A stretch of 63,558 nucleotides of DNA, the filler included, from Octopus bimaculoides (taxonomy: Eukaryota), in assembly GCF_001194135.2 (NCBI RefSeq). It is 6 parts of 6 records of this genome, joined end to end, with 100 filler letters (N's around TTAATTAATTAA, not from the genome) between each part and the next. Parts side by side here need not be neighbours in the genome. Positions count along the whole stretch, not along the records: positions 5,807 to 27,464 come from NC_068999.1; 5 more parts are not named here. One strand, 5' to 3'. A program made the translations under genes and the position numbers. Shown in pieces: positions 13,040 to 24,849 of the stretch. Positions within the stretch are counted from its first letter, which is position 1; each line of letters opens with the position of its first letter. The notes under the pieces are model-generated. The model ran no database searches. It was not told where the DNA came from and saw only the letters and a program-made list of their open reading frames with translations.

Positions 13040-15420
13040 ACCTCATATAATTATTTACTTGATTTAGTAGGTGTGGCAGGTATGGGCAGAATCAGACGTA
13101 GTAATTTTTTTACTTCGGCCAGAGCTTGATTTAGTTCAAACTCCCGTATTATGCCAGCGAATTCTTGAATGCTTGACACTTGCTTTGCAAAATCTGCAGC
13201 ATAAACTGATTTCGAGTTGCATTTCAATCCTTCTAAATCCAATATGTTTTTATAGGCATCCAAAGATGAAAACGCTTCCATCGAAAACCTTTTCGTTAGT
13301 ATGTTTTAAATCTTTGCTCAACGTGAACAATAACTTCATACAAAATGTTATTAAACAAAGTTCTTAAAACAGCTTCTGGTTTTTGATGTCGACCATACAT
13401 CTCTAGTGGTTCAGCGACACTATCCAGAACCCGGTAGTAAAATTCTTCAAATTTGTTATTGATGTTGTAGTGAGCTCTAGGATTTGAACCGTTTTCACTA
13501 AATTATGAGTTCACTATCATGAGTGAGTCACAGTTGGAACATGCAATCTTAGCGCGAACACCATTTTTTCCGACCAATCAGTTTGCCGGAGATCAGACTA
13601 CCAGTTCGAGCATCATCTCAAGTGTCCTTGAGATTCGCACTTTTTTATCCAATTAATCAGTTTTTGCGCTAGAAATCAACCAGATCTCTCATGGCATTCG
13701 AAGAGAACGCAACTCGGCTCTCGTCAAACAAATCAAAGACGAAGTTTCAACAAGATTTGTCAGTCTCAGATCCTGAAGATAATTAATGACCGAGCAATCA
13801 TAGTCAAGGTGACTCCTGATGTCCTAATCTCTCTACCAGCGAGGATTTGATAATTTATGTATGTATTCATATTCAGCCTTCCCTTAGATAAATCTAACGT
13901 TGAATATTCAAGAGTTTTGCTTCTGTTTGTAACATACACAACCAGACTAATCTCATACCACGATTAATACAATTACCACCTACCGCGACAATATGAACCG
14001 ATTGTTTCTGTGGGGTTTTTTAAGTTCTCAACCTCACGAATACATCTCGAAATATCAAGCGAACCTTTTAAAGAATCGGAAACAGAATCTTTGAGCAACT
14101 TAATATGATTTCAAACACCATAAAAAAATATAAACAGAAAATCTTCTAGGACTGCAGTGAACCCCCTTGCCTGTGTTAATTCTGAAGCACTCCCATCATC
14201 AGGATTTTCTAATATGTTTGAAAATACCCCAGAAAACACAGCAATTTTGCTGGGCAAAATGGATGCCTGTCGACATGAATAATTCCAGTGTATCTCAGTT
14301 AACTTTGGAAATCACCTTCAAATGATTTCATCCAGTATGGCTATTCAAACTATTGACTTTGAGAAAAAAAATTGAAAATCCTTTTAAAGTTTGAAAGAAA
14401 ATTCAACATTCACGAATATTTGAAGCTGATTAAGAGAGTACCAAATATGACGTTCGTACCAAAAATCTCTTGTTTGCACTGTTCAAATACCCAGCTATTA
14501 CATTCACTCCAATTTGGGTGATGAATTTTTGGCCACAGTGGAATTCATTAACAAATTTCCGAACTCCTGTCAGCGATGCAACTTTTCTGTCTTTACTGAC
14601 ATCAATGTATCCCCAAAACCTTTCTTGAGGCATTTCCTTCTCATCAACAAACAGCAAAACGTGTGACAATTGGGATTTCATTTCAAGGTCTGTAGTTTCA
14701 TCGAACATAACTGCAGCAAATGCTGTTTTTCGATCACTGCTTAATTTCACCTTCACTTGTAGCAGCTATACAATTAAATGATCTTGATTTGAGTATCATT
14801 TGAATGTTCAGAAAATGTGCAGTTGAGATTTTTCTTCACGAAATCTAAAAGCGATTTTAAACAATCATTCTATTCTGCTACTAAAATTACCCTTATTGAA
14901 TGATTCTTGTTTCATCGTGTCCTCTAAATGGTAATTCTTGATAGGCCAAAATTTCAAAACAATAATTTTTCTCGACTGATCTATTATGGAACTGAATCAA
15001 AGCTGCTTTCCAGTGATCGACTGCTGTATCAATTTGTTGTCAGTCAAAGTTTTCAAAGCAGTTACGGAATTCAGACGGTTATGAGATTTTTGTGTTTTGT
15101 CAAAGTTGTAATCGAATTGTGCAAATTGCAGTAGCCAGTAGTTGGCCATTTGTTCTTATGCTGACAAAATAACAGGCATGGGAAACACAAAAATTTGTGC
15201 AGAATGGGACATCCCATCAATTACTCATACTATTCATAATACTTGGAATCAAAATAATGATGACATTCCTTGCTGTCCACTTTGATTTTGAAATACATCT
15301 CAAAATTTGGCTTCTCTTTTCCGAAAATGATAATATTCTTCTTACCCGCGAAGCTTCTTGTAGCAAATGCTGGAAAAGTAGAGAAGAAACTAAGTTTATT
15401 GACTCTTTTTCCATCCTGTG
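13040..15420 (-). mobile_element. Decayed hAT DNA transposase (ZMYM1/DUF4371-like)
   Basis: AAVMFDETTDLEMKSQLSHVL...ERFWGYIDVS (first catalytic D region), HWNYSCR, LFNNILYEVIVHVEQRF, and VKKLLRLILPIPAT (dimerisation domain). Termini not identified; 13400-13870 may be an unrelated insertion. Confidence 0.85.
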
Positions 15421-15746
15421 AGTGAATGAAAACGTGAAAAATGTAACTGGGTTATAATCTTCTTAAATGAATCAAAGCATTATTTTAACAAAACATTTAG
15501 GCGCTAGTTTATTTTTTTTACGTAACCTTTTTTAAATATTAAATATTTAAAACTAAATTTTAAAGCATTGTTTGAGTAAATGGATGAAAACTTTCGTTTT
15601 TAATCTCAGAAACATAAACTTTGCCGGTTGCTTCTTTTCGCTCCAAGTATGAAGTAGTCGATAAGAAACCTCTGGGTCACATGACTGAATTCTGCTCTTA
15701 AGAAGGGGTCAAGAATACTCTTCATGGATTAATCTTTTTAAAAAAC

Positions 15747-15881
15747 AGGCGTAGCTGTGTGGTAAGAAGTTTGTTTCTCAACCACATGGTTCCGGGTTCA
15801 TTCCCAAGTGTCTTCTATTATAGCCACGGCCCGATCAAATCCTTGTGAGTGGATTTGGTCAATGGAAACTGTAAGATGTCG

Positions 15882-15980
<99 letters not shown>

Positions 15981-16173
15981 CGTTGTATCTGTGTTTGTCC
16001 CCCACCACCATTTGACAATCGGTTTTGGTGTGTTTACAGTTCGGCATGAGTGATCGATAGATTAAGTACCAAGCTTAAAAAAGTACTGGGGTCGATTTAT
16101 TCGACTACAAATTCTTCGAGGCGGAGCACCAGCATGGACGCAGGCTAATGACTGAAACAAGTAAAAGATAAAA
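15747..16173 (+). mobile_element. tRNA-headed SINE, family A (GGCGT.GCTGTGTGGTAAGAAG head, internal TA/TG microsatellite)
   Basis: Pol III A-box and B-box-like head, and 3' end GACTGAAACAAGTAAAAGA. Many homologous copies in the window. Confidence 0.9.
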
Positions 16174-17220
16174 ATATATATATATAATCTTCAGTATCGA
16201 ATAAGCGTACGAAATCAGCAATAAAACAAACTTGCAAATTGACTAAACTGAGGACAACATAAGCCCTTTAGATAAGCAAGCCCTTGACCTCTTCCGCACA
16301 GAGCAACAGCTGACAGCGCGTCTGCTGGCTCGAAAGCAAACAATAAAAAAATTGTTTTACTCTGCCTTTCTTTCTCTTTATCTTTCTAGTAGTTTGTTTT
16401 GTCTATCTTTTTTACGCTACCTTCTCCAAGAGAAAAATAGACCTCTCTTACTTGTAATGACTGAAAGTATTGTAAGCAGAATACACGTGGATGAAAGGGT
16501 CTCTGAGAAGTCACAGATATGTGACGGAAGATTTCCAGACAATGGACATAAGATGAAATAAGAACAATAATAAACGAGTGAAGAACGAATATGTAGTGCG
16601 TGTGCCTTCTTGGCAAGAAAAAAAATGACCGTCCAGAAATATAACAATATCTGTTTCAACACACCATTTCAGATCAGGAATCTTGCAAAACAAATTCATA
16701 AACGTATATGTATATATAATCAATATAAGCAACAGGATATCCAGAGGTGATGCAGTACGATCGTTTCAAGCGACACCATTTAATTGAAGAATGCAATCAT
16801 TACATCAATTTAAATACAGAGCTATCCTCAGCTGCATAAATAAATAAAATAAATAGAATTTATTTAATCAGTCGGACACATTTGTATAATTTAACCTAAA
16901 TCCTCTAAGAGGGTAAGAAGACAGACAAAGTCCATGTTATATTCACTTCAGCTTAGAAGCTTCTAAGGCTTCAGGAAAAACCTGTTAGAGTTCTAGCTTG
17001 TCACTGATTTTTCGGTCGGTTTTAATTTATAGTCTTGTTTATCAAATCTTTGTATATCAAAATCTAAGACCAATGAGCATTGTCTAATTAGGAAAAGACC
17101 TGAGGGAGTTGACAGAATCATAGTAGGTATAGTCATAAAACATGTCAAGATTAGTATATACAGTCATATATAGACATGTTCACTCACCCGTGACAGCTTT
17201 AACTAACGACTCCAAACATA

Positions 17221-17380
17221 ATGTCACATGACATTAAAGAACGGACGTAGCGGAGAACTTACGAAAGTTTCTAAAACCTGATCACGTGATCGTCCTCGGC
17301 CAATCAAAACGTATCCAAAACAGAAACTAATTTGAGCTATGTTCTCTTTATAAAAACAAGACAATTTTTAAATTCCAGTC
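17221..17380 (+). promoter_or_regulatory. Candidate Pol II core and proximal promoter
   Basis: GTCACATGAC and GATCACGTGATC E-boxes, GGCCAATCA (CCAAT 17300-17304), TATAAAAA (17349-17356) and Inr-like CCAGTC with A at 17377, 28 nt after the TATA start. Confidence 0.5.
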
Positions 17381-17633
17381 AGAAGCAAGGCAGTTGGAGC
17401 ATAACACCTGCCTCTCTCATGTTTTGAAAATCAGGGAAATCTGTGAAACCGGTTAATTCCTTAAAAATCTAAAATTAAAGAATCTAAACGAATCCCAGTA
17501 CATTTTCGCCTTTTTTTCTATATTCCTACCCGTGTGTGGAAAAAAATAACTTTGTTATATANNNNNNNNNNNNNNNNNNNNNNNNNNNNNNNNNNNNNNN
17601 NNNNNNNNNNNNNNNNNNNNNNNNNNNNNNNNN

Positions 17634-17683
<50 letters not shown>

Positions 17684-17716
17684 ATATATGTATATATGGT
17701 AAATGAAAGACACAAG

Positions 17717-17842
17717 ATGGAAGATGCGAGTATTTTTATTAATCACTACAATTGTTTTGACATATTTAATATCGATCCCTCACGGGTGGGATACTTAACA
17801 ACTGGTTCAGGAGCATTCGACGGTGCAGATTTTTCTCTTCGG
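17717..17842 (+). CDS. Candidate first coding exon, open copy A of the 'MED/NIDPSRV' family (MEDASIFINHYNCFDIFNIDPSRVGYLTTGSGAFDGADFSLR)
   Basis: AAGATGG start context, 42 open codons and a CGG|GTGATA donor-like site. Two decayed homologues lie nearby. It could equally be a repeat-derived ORF. Confidence 0.3.
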
Positions 17843-18052
17843 GTGATAAATAGATATAACTCGTTAAAATAATAGTTCCGCAATGTATCTTCTCATTTCG
17901 TGTAAAGAAAAGCAGCTAAACAGAGCATATATCTTCATCTCTAAAGAAAATCATACACAACGACTTTCATCTTCAACCAGACTAGGAGAAGGCACTCTGA
18001 TCTCAAATCTGCGATCAATTTAGCATCTGACACGTGGCACACTGTTCACCAG

Positions 18053-18132
18053 TACTGGTAAATGCTTTTGGATGGAGAGAGTGTGCATTGTACTGCACAA
18101 ACAATGACCACTATAAACAAAACCATGTGCAG
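18053..18132 (+). CDS. Candidate internal exon (LVNAFGWRECALYCTNNDHYKQNHVQ)
   Basis: CTGTTCACCAG acceptor and an open phase-1 frame; the donor is weak or ambiguous. Confidence 0.25.
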
Positions 18133-18158
18133 GCAGTTCAGTAAAATACTATCACCAA

Positions 18159-18223
<65 letters not shown>

Positions 18224-18227
18224 GCGT

Positions 18228-18363
18228 CTATCAGTTGCGGTCTACCAAATCCACTCACAAAGATTTGGTTGGCTATAGTAGAAGCCACTTACCTAAGATG
18301 CTACGCTGTGGGACTGAACCTGGAACCAAATGATTGGAAAGCAAGCTTCTTACCACACAGCCA
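18228..18363 (-). mobile_element. SINE family A, 5' part
   Basis: Reverse complement of the family A head. Confidence 0.85.
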
Positions 18364-18684
18364 CTATATACTATTAAAAACATAACAACATAATCTTTCA
18401 GAACTTGGGATACTAGTTGTATTCCAACTCTCTCTATAAATTAGAATTCACTTCTCATATTATCGTTTAGTCTTATTTTACCTTCTTCGTCTTTCAACTC
18501 ACTCACACCTACATTAATATTCACCCAGTCATGATATCCTCACCACCACCACAAAAAAAAAAAAGAAAATGAATGGGGGAGACAGAAGCACATTAAAGGA
18601 AACAGATATAAGATCGAAGGTAAGAGAGGTATTTTTTGTGAAATACATATTTACAGACGGAACTGAATCAGCTGTTGCAACAAC

Positions 18685-18688
18685 AGCT

Positions 18689-18719
<31 letters not shown>

Positions 18720-18745
18720 CGGCAGCGTCGGCGGTGTTGTTGTTG

Positions 18746-18779
<34 letters not shown>

Positions 18780-18800
18780 CTGTTTTTTTTTTGTTTTTTT
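18685..18800. repeat. Compound trinucleotide repeat (GTA/GTT/GTG)
   Basis: Direct runs. Confidence 0.9.
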
Positions 18801-19057
18801 GCTAGGTAGTCTTTTTTTTGTTGCTAGGTAGCTCTGATCGATTGGCAAAATCTGCCAATCTATTTTATCTGTCTCATTGAGCCTAGTCGTGTATATTCAC
18901 AAAGAGTGACAGGGATGAGAGAGGAAAGTAAAGCCAGATTATTTTTACTTGCTTTAGTTGGAAATATTGTTGCAAGAGTATTGCTATGATTTAAAATATT
19001 CACAATTCTGTCAGAAGAGTATGAAACACCATAGATGTAGTGTTTTTCCTCCAACAG

Positions 19058-19147
19058 ATCCAAGAGAAATGTGTGAAAGAGAACAAGGTAGACTGGGCCT
19101 GTGACAAGTATTTGGAAGATTTAGAATTCCTACATGCTGGCTCGTAG
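19058..19147 (+). CDS. Candidate terminal exon (IQEKCVKENKVDWACDKYLEDLEFLHAGS*)
   Basis: Strong acceptor GTGTTTTTCCTCCAACAG and a phase-0 frame open to TAG. Protein not recognised. Confidence 0.35.
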   Translation: MQEKCVKENKVDWACDKYLEDLEFLHAGS

Positions 19148-19281
19148 AATCAACACAAATGAGCTTCCAGCTTTGCACTGATTGATATTACAAGAAGAGC
19201 TGAGAGCTAGCACCAATCAAATTTTTACTTTATTTGACAGTGAAGCTCAGGGGAGCATTCAGCAATTCGATTAAAGATGTA

Positions 19282-20820
19282 TACACACTGACCAAAATAA
19301 GACTGATGATGATAGTTCTATTCCTTCATTAATTTATTTTTAACAAAACAGTATAAAATTATTTTACTTTTTACAGTCTTTCTCTTTCGAATGATATAGG
19401 CGTTACATATCTTTCTACAATTTGAATAATTTTAATGCGTAATTAATTCAAATGATTAAAAATTGTCGGTAAAATAAGTTTAAGATCGTACCAACATTAT
19501 TTTGTTTAAATTGAAAATTTGCGGCCCAAATAATCAACAAAGAAAAATCTATTATTAGTATCTAGTTCTATAGCTATTATATTCATTTACAGCCTTACAA
19601 CGGTGGGACATGGAGTTCGACAAATGAGCACTAAAATCACTAAGAACGTTCTGCCATATTTCTTCAATAAAATTATATAATTGGGACAAATTTGTTGGGG
19701 TTTTATAGCATGAACGTTTTTAGAAACATAATTCCATAAATTTTCTATCGGATTGAGGCCACTCAATAACCACCATATTATTGCGCCCAAAGTATTGCAA
19801 AACTTTCCTAGCATTATGAACGGGGCAATTGGCCTGCTGGAAAATAGAGCCCGGTGGCATCTGATTATTGGCAGCACATTTTCATTTACCAATTGCAGAT
19901 AGCCCACACTGTTCAGTCTGCCATCGATCTTAACAATTGGACCAACACCTAAGCTGCAGAACACGGCCCACACCATTACCCCCACCCCCACCTCTTGCTT
20001 GCGCCGTTTTCTTGACACACATAGGATGGAAGTTTTCAGTTGGACGGCGTCTAACATAAGTCTTTCCGTCTGATCCATAGATGCAGAAGCAGGATTCGTC
20101 GCTCCAAAGAACTTTTGACCAGTCTTCGGCTGTCCATTCAATATGGCTTTTAGCAAACTTCATCCGCTTCCGCCGGTTCGTTTCAGAAATTATCGGCTTC
20201 TTTCGAGCAATCTAGCCGAACAGTACAAATTCTTTTAGGCGGTTTCTGACAGTTTGGCGGTGTAAAGCTGTCAGTTTTATCAGATAATTGCTTGCTGTTA
20301 GCATTCGGTAACCTTCAGAGAGTTTATGAATTCGCCGATCTATCTATACTGTTGTTTTTTCTCGGAGCGCCCATTCTTTGACGATCTTTGTATTTGCCGT
20401 TTTGCTGCATCCTTATTGCTTGCTAATGTTCACGAAGGACACATTTTGCTGATGAAGCAACACGGTCTTTGATTTAGTAACTGGGCTGATACTACGTCAC
20501 TTTCCTATAGTGAATTAATGTGTAACAATGCTCGATTATTGAACAAAACAGTGCAGTACAACCAGCCATATGACCATCCATTTGGTTTATTAATTTGCAT
20601 AATCTTGGTACGGTCTTAGACTTATTTTGCCGACAATTTCTAATCATTTGAATTAATTGAGCATTAAAATTATTCGAATTGTAGAAAGATAGATGGCGCC
20701 TATATCATTCGAAAGAGAAAAAAAATTCTACATAAACTGTAAAAAGTAAAATAACTTTATATAGTTTTGTTAAAAATATATTAATGAAGGAATGGAACTG
20801 TCATCATCGGTCTTAGCATG
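19282..20820 (-). mobile_element. Tc1-family DNA transposon with long (about 200-220 bp) terminal inverted repeats and a frameshifted transposase
   Basis: WTAEDWSKVLWSDES, VMVWAVF and LNPIENLW motifs. 19298-19500 is the reverse complement of 20599-20816. Confidence 0.93.
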
Positions 20821-21039
20821 TTTAAGACAAAAGTCACACATATTTTAGAGAAAGAAATGTTTGCTGACAAATCGGTGCAGAAGATGCATTGAGCTTGATG
20901 GATGTCTATATGGTGCAGCAGCAAATTTGACTTCAAAATGAACAACCTCAAAACTGAAGTTCATTATCGACTAAGTCCTATCTCCAATCATGTGGTACAA
21001 TCTATTGCATCATTATCGAATCAAGCCACTTTACCTGTC

Positions 21040-21950
21040 TGTCAGTACAGTTTAGTATGCTGTAGTATAGTGTAATGTACAGTGTATTGCTGTGTAGTGT
21101 GGAGTGGTAGATTGTGGTGGTGTGTTGTGTAAAGTTGCGGTATATAGTAATGTGTGGTTTGCTGCAGTGTAGTATGGTGTAATATAGTGTACTGTTGATG
21201 TATGTATAGTATAGTGTGATGCATTACAGAGTTGTGTAATGTAGCGTAATGTGGTGGTGTGGTAATATAGTGTGTGCTGTAATATGATGTAATGTGGTGT
21301 AATGAGGGCATGTGACTTAGTGGTTAGGGTATTCAGCTCATGATTGTAAAGTTGTGAGTTTGATTCTCTGGGGTGTTTTGTGTCCTTGAATAAAACACTT
21401 TATTTCATGTTGCTTCAGTCCACTTAGCTAGCAAAAATGAGTAGTACCTATAAGTCAAAGGGCCAGTCTTGTAATGCTGAATCTCTTTGAGAACTATGTT
21501 AAAGGTACACGTCTGTGAAGTGCTCAGCCACTTGCACGTTAATTTCATGAACAGGCTGTTCTGTTGATTAGATCACCTGAAATACTCATCATTGTATCCG
21601 ACGTAGTGCTGGTTCTAATGGGGTGTAATGCAGTGATTATAGTAGACTGTGATATAGTGTACTTTGTTGTAATGTGGTGTAAAATAGTGGTGTGCATATT
21701 GTGTAGTGTCTTGCAGTATGGTGCGGTGTAATATAGTGTACTGTAGTGGTGTGTAGTATAGTTCAGTGTGGTGTAATATAGCAGTGTATGGTATAGGGTA
21801 GTGTAATGTAGTGTAATATATCAGTGCATAGTAAAGTGTAATGTGTTGCAGTGCAGTGTTGTATAATATAGTAATGTGTAATATAGTCATGCAGTGTGAC
21901 GTGGTATAATGTATGGTATCTTGCAGTGGAGTGTCGTATTGTGCATCAAC
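21040..21950. repeat. Degenerate (TAGTG/GTGTA)n pentanucleotide satellite interrupted by a SINE
   Basis: 5-nt periodicity at 21040-21304 and 21620-21950. Confidence 0.85.
21305..21615 (+). mobile_element. tRNA-headed SINE, family C (GGC.TGTG.CTTAGTGGTTAGGGTATTC...TGTCCTTGA.CAAGACACTTTATTTCA)
   Basis: Full-length homologue at 43250-43575 and a partial copy at 30585-30720. Confidence 0.88.
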
Positions 21951-22480
21951 ATATTTCTTAATGACTTATATTTCGTTATACAGTCATAATGTACTACAAA
22001 GTATATTAAATGCTTTGATAAGTCAAATTTGTATAGAAAAGCTGTTGAGATAACTTTAACAACATATTTCTATGAATTGAACAGTTGTATGGTTATTGTA
22101 CAATTAAATTATTGTGCAATTAAATTATTGCTATTGTTGTTGCTAATGCTACTGTAGATATAGATGGTACTCCTGTTGCTATTGCTGCACTAGATATGGA
22201 TGTTGCCATTGTTACTGTGGGTGCCAATACTTCTGTTACTATTGCTACTATATGTATAAATGGTAACCCTATAGCTGTTGCTACTGTAGGGGATTAAAGT
22301 TTCTAATGCTCACCTGTTGTTATTGTACCTGTGCATATAGAGGACATTTGGTATTCCTACTATGGGTACCGATAATATTCCTTTTGCTATTGCTACTATG
22401 TGTATAGTTGCTATTTCTTTTATTGCTACTGTGAGTATAAATGCTACTCTTTCTGTTGGTATTATTTTATATGATTCCTA

Positions 22481-22685
22481 AGGTAGTGAGCTGGCAGAAT
22501 TGTTAGCATGCTGGATGAAATGCTTAGCAGTATTTCACCCATCACTACAATCTGAGTTCAAATTCGATTTTGCCTTTCATCCTTTTGGGGTCTATAAAAT
22601 AAGTACCAGTCAAGCACTGGGATCGATGTAATCGACTTATCTCCTCCCCCAAAATGACTGCCCTTGTGGAAAAATTTGAAACCAT
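22481..22685 (+). mobile_element. SINE family B (GAGCTGGCAGAA head, GCCTTTCATCCTTT..GGGTCGAT central domain) with an alternative tail
   Basis: Head and central domain match 39471-39697; the 3' tail differs. Confidence 0.85.
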
Positions 22686-22846
22686 TATTTTATATAATTC
22701 TTATGGTGCTACCACTGCCATACTGATAGATAATGATGTTGGTTATTTTGCAGTTGTAGATATTGTGGATATACTTATTGTGGATGTTTTCAGTACTCGT
22801 ATTTACTATTGCTGTTGCTGTTGCCACTGCTAGTGTTCTGCTTGCA

Positions 22847-22878
<32 letters not shown>

Positions 22879-23599
22879 GGAGGAAGATTTGAGGAATACT
22901 AAATGTATTACAAGAGTAACGTCCTATTACACATGAAGAGAAGAGGAAGGATATGATGTGGAAAGCAAAGAATGACAAAATTACAAAAGACAAAGAGAAG
23001 AGATGGTAGGATGCAAAGATAAAAGAAGGAATTATATGAAAGCAATAACCATGAATCAGATTATTGATGAATATTTAATCCTATTAGAATGAACAAAAAA
23101 ATGCATAATCTGCCATATTGCCTGATTTTTAAGGTGAGCAAGCATTTATTTATTGTTAAATTTCTCCAAAACATGAGAAATCAATCCACAATGGCTACTT
23201 TTTTTTATAGCAGTAATATAATTTATTATTCTCCTCTTTTATAATTACCTGTTTAGCTGTTTTTGTTCACGTTCGTGGTACAAAACATTGAATTTACAAA
23301 ATATTTGATACTGAAGTTGATATTTCTCAATCTTAATTCATTTTTCTATTCAATAAAGCCAAGCAGCAAAGTTTTTATTTCTCGATATAACTGTCACTAT
23401 GGTGGATGTTGTGACACTGGATTCCCTGATGATAGACAAGCAGAACACAAGTGATCATCTGTCATAATACCATACATAGTAAATCATATTACACAACACA
23501 CATCTATCACAACATTATACATAAATTATCATGCAGAAAAAAATCTCAATGACATCATTCAATAGGAGAATGCAACATTGATCATCTTTTTCTTAGTGT

Positions 23600-24560
23600 C
23601 AGTGATGATGTGTTCATTCGTCATAATCATTGATAATCATAATCTCAGACAAACATAGTAGGTATGGCACACCAAGCACATTTGTTAGACTGTTAGATTC
23701 ACGAGCTCAAGGCACCAGGAAATTGTTCATGGAAGCACTATCTATGTCAGAGTCTTCAGTGTTTGAAGCTTTGGTTTTCTTAATCAATATTCATAACTCT
23801 GCAGGATTAGTCACATGGATCTAGTTCAGTATCTACATTATCTGGTAGATACAGTCCATGTTTCACAGTAAAACATGTCTGGTAAAAATGGCAAGCATAT
23901 GGCTTTAGCTTGAAAATAGTAAGGTTGAGTGCTCTGTGACAATGCTCCACAATTGGTATGTTGCGACACACTGGTGTGCCACGAGACAATGCTAGGTGTA
24001 TTGCAGTGTAACCTGAACATAATGTTTTTCCCTATACTTTTAGTTATATTTTTAGTTCATGTGAGCTGCCTAATTTTGAAAAGAATGTAAGTGAACTGCA
24101 AGTGAAATATGGTTGCAGCGCACTGCTCTATGATACTACACTTCCTCTTGGAGTGTACCAAGTAGAACTGACAACTCAGATACATTGACCTTTATAACAA
24201 TATTTATATTCTGTGTCAAAGTTCACTACTTAAATGTTTTTGTCTTCCTACAATATTAAGTGATCCTAATATTGCTTTCGTAAACAATCACCTGGGTCTT
24301 TTGTGTATTCATTGTTGCAATAGTGAAGCTGTAAAGCACTTGTGTGAATGATACATTGCGGCAGTATTAAAAGCATAGCCATCAAAAAGGAAATCACTTC
24401 TTGAAAACTTTCATGCATATAAAGCTGTGCATTTTCTTATCACATCTGCATCTGCTGTGAACAAAAGCAACACTTGTAGTTATAGCAACTTCAATAACAA
24501 TTTCCTTGGGAACTGTAACTTTTTGACTTACAAGAAACAGAAGGGGATTATCACACCTCA
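23600..24560 (-). pseudogene. Unique non-low-complexity segment: probably a decayed DNA-transposase remnant, alternatively a two-exon small secreted-protein ORF
   Basis: Frames read AAMYHSHKCF, LALSRG, GLYLPDNV and MNID, which loosely recall a CxC/TCR-associated transposase family. A 110-aa spliced ORF can also be built (see findings). Confidence 0.35.
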
Positions 24561-24746
24561 CTCTCTTAAAAAGAAGGACATGTTAGGCCATGTATACAAG
24601 ATACACTAAAAAGATGGGGTGGTACTGGCTTAAATGCTTTTAATGTGTTAAATCAGGGCTGATCTGGGGTTAAATAGAACAACTATTATCATAGTAAATG
24701 CACGATTAACAGCAGTATCAAAAATAGCATTTTTAATAAAATATAT

Positions 24747-24845
24747 AGGCGCAGGCATGGCTGTGTGGTAGGAAGCTTGCTTCCCAACCTCATAGCACCG
24801 GGTTCAGTCCCATTGCATGGCACCTTGAGCAAGTATCATCTTCTT
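24747..24845 (+). mobile_element. SINE family A head
   Basis: Homology to the family A 5' end. Confidence 0.85.
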
Positions 24846-24849
24846 TCAA

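Noticed and set aside
15747-15830. tRNA-like heads here and in other SINE copies
   Set aside because: They continue into SINE bodies and lack a full cloverleaf; not called as tRNA genes.
17765-17810. NIDPSRVGYLTTGSG resembling the esterase 'IDPSRVYLTG.S.GG' strand
   Set aside because: There is no G-x-S-x-G nucleophile elbow and the segment is too close to the start Met for an alpha/beta-hydrolase fold.
23975-24012. GYTAIHLALSRG as an ankyrin repeat
   Set aside because: It is a single partial motif with no second helix or adjacent repeats.
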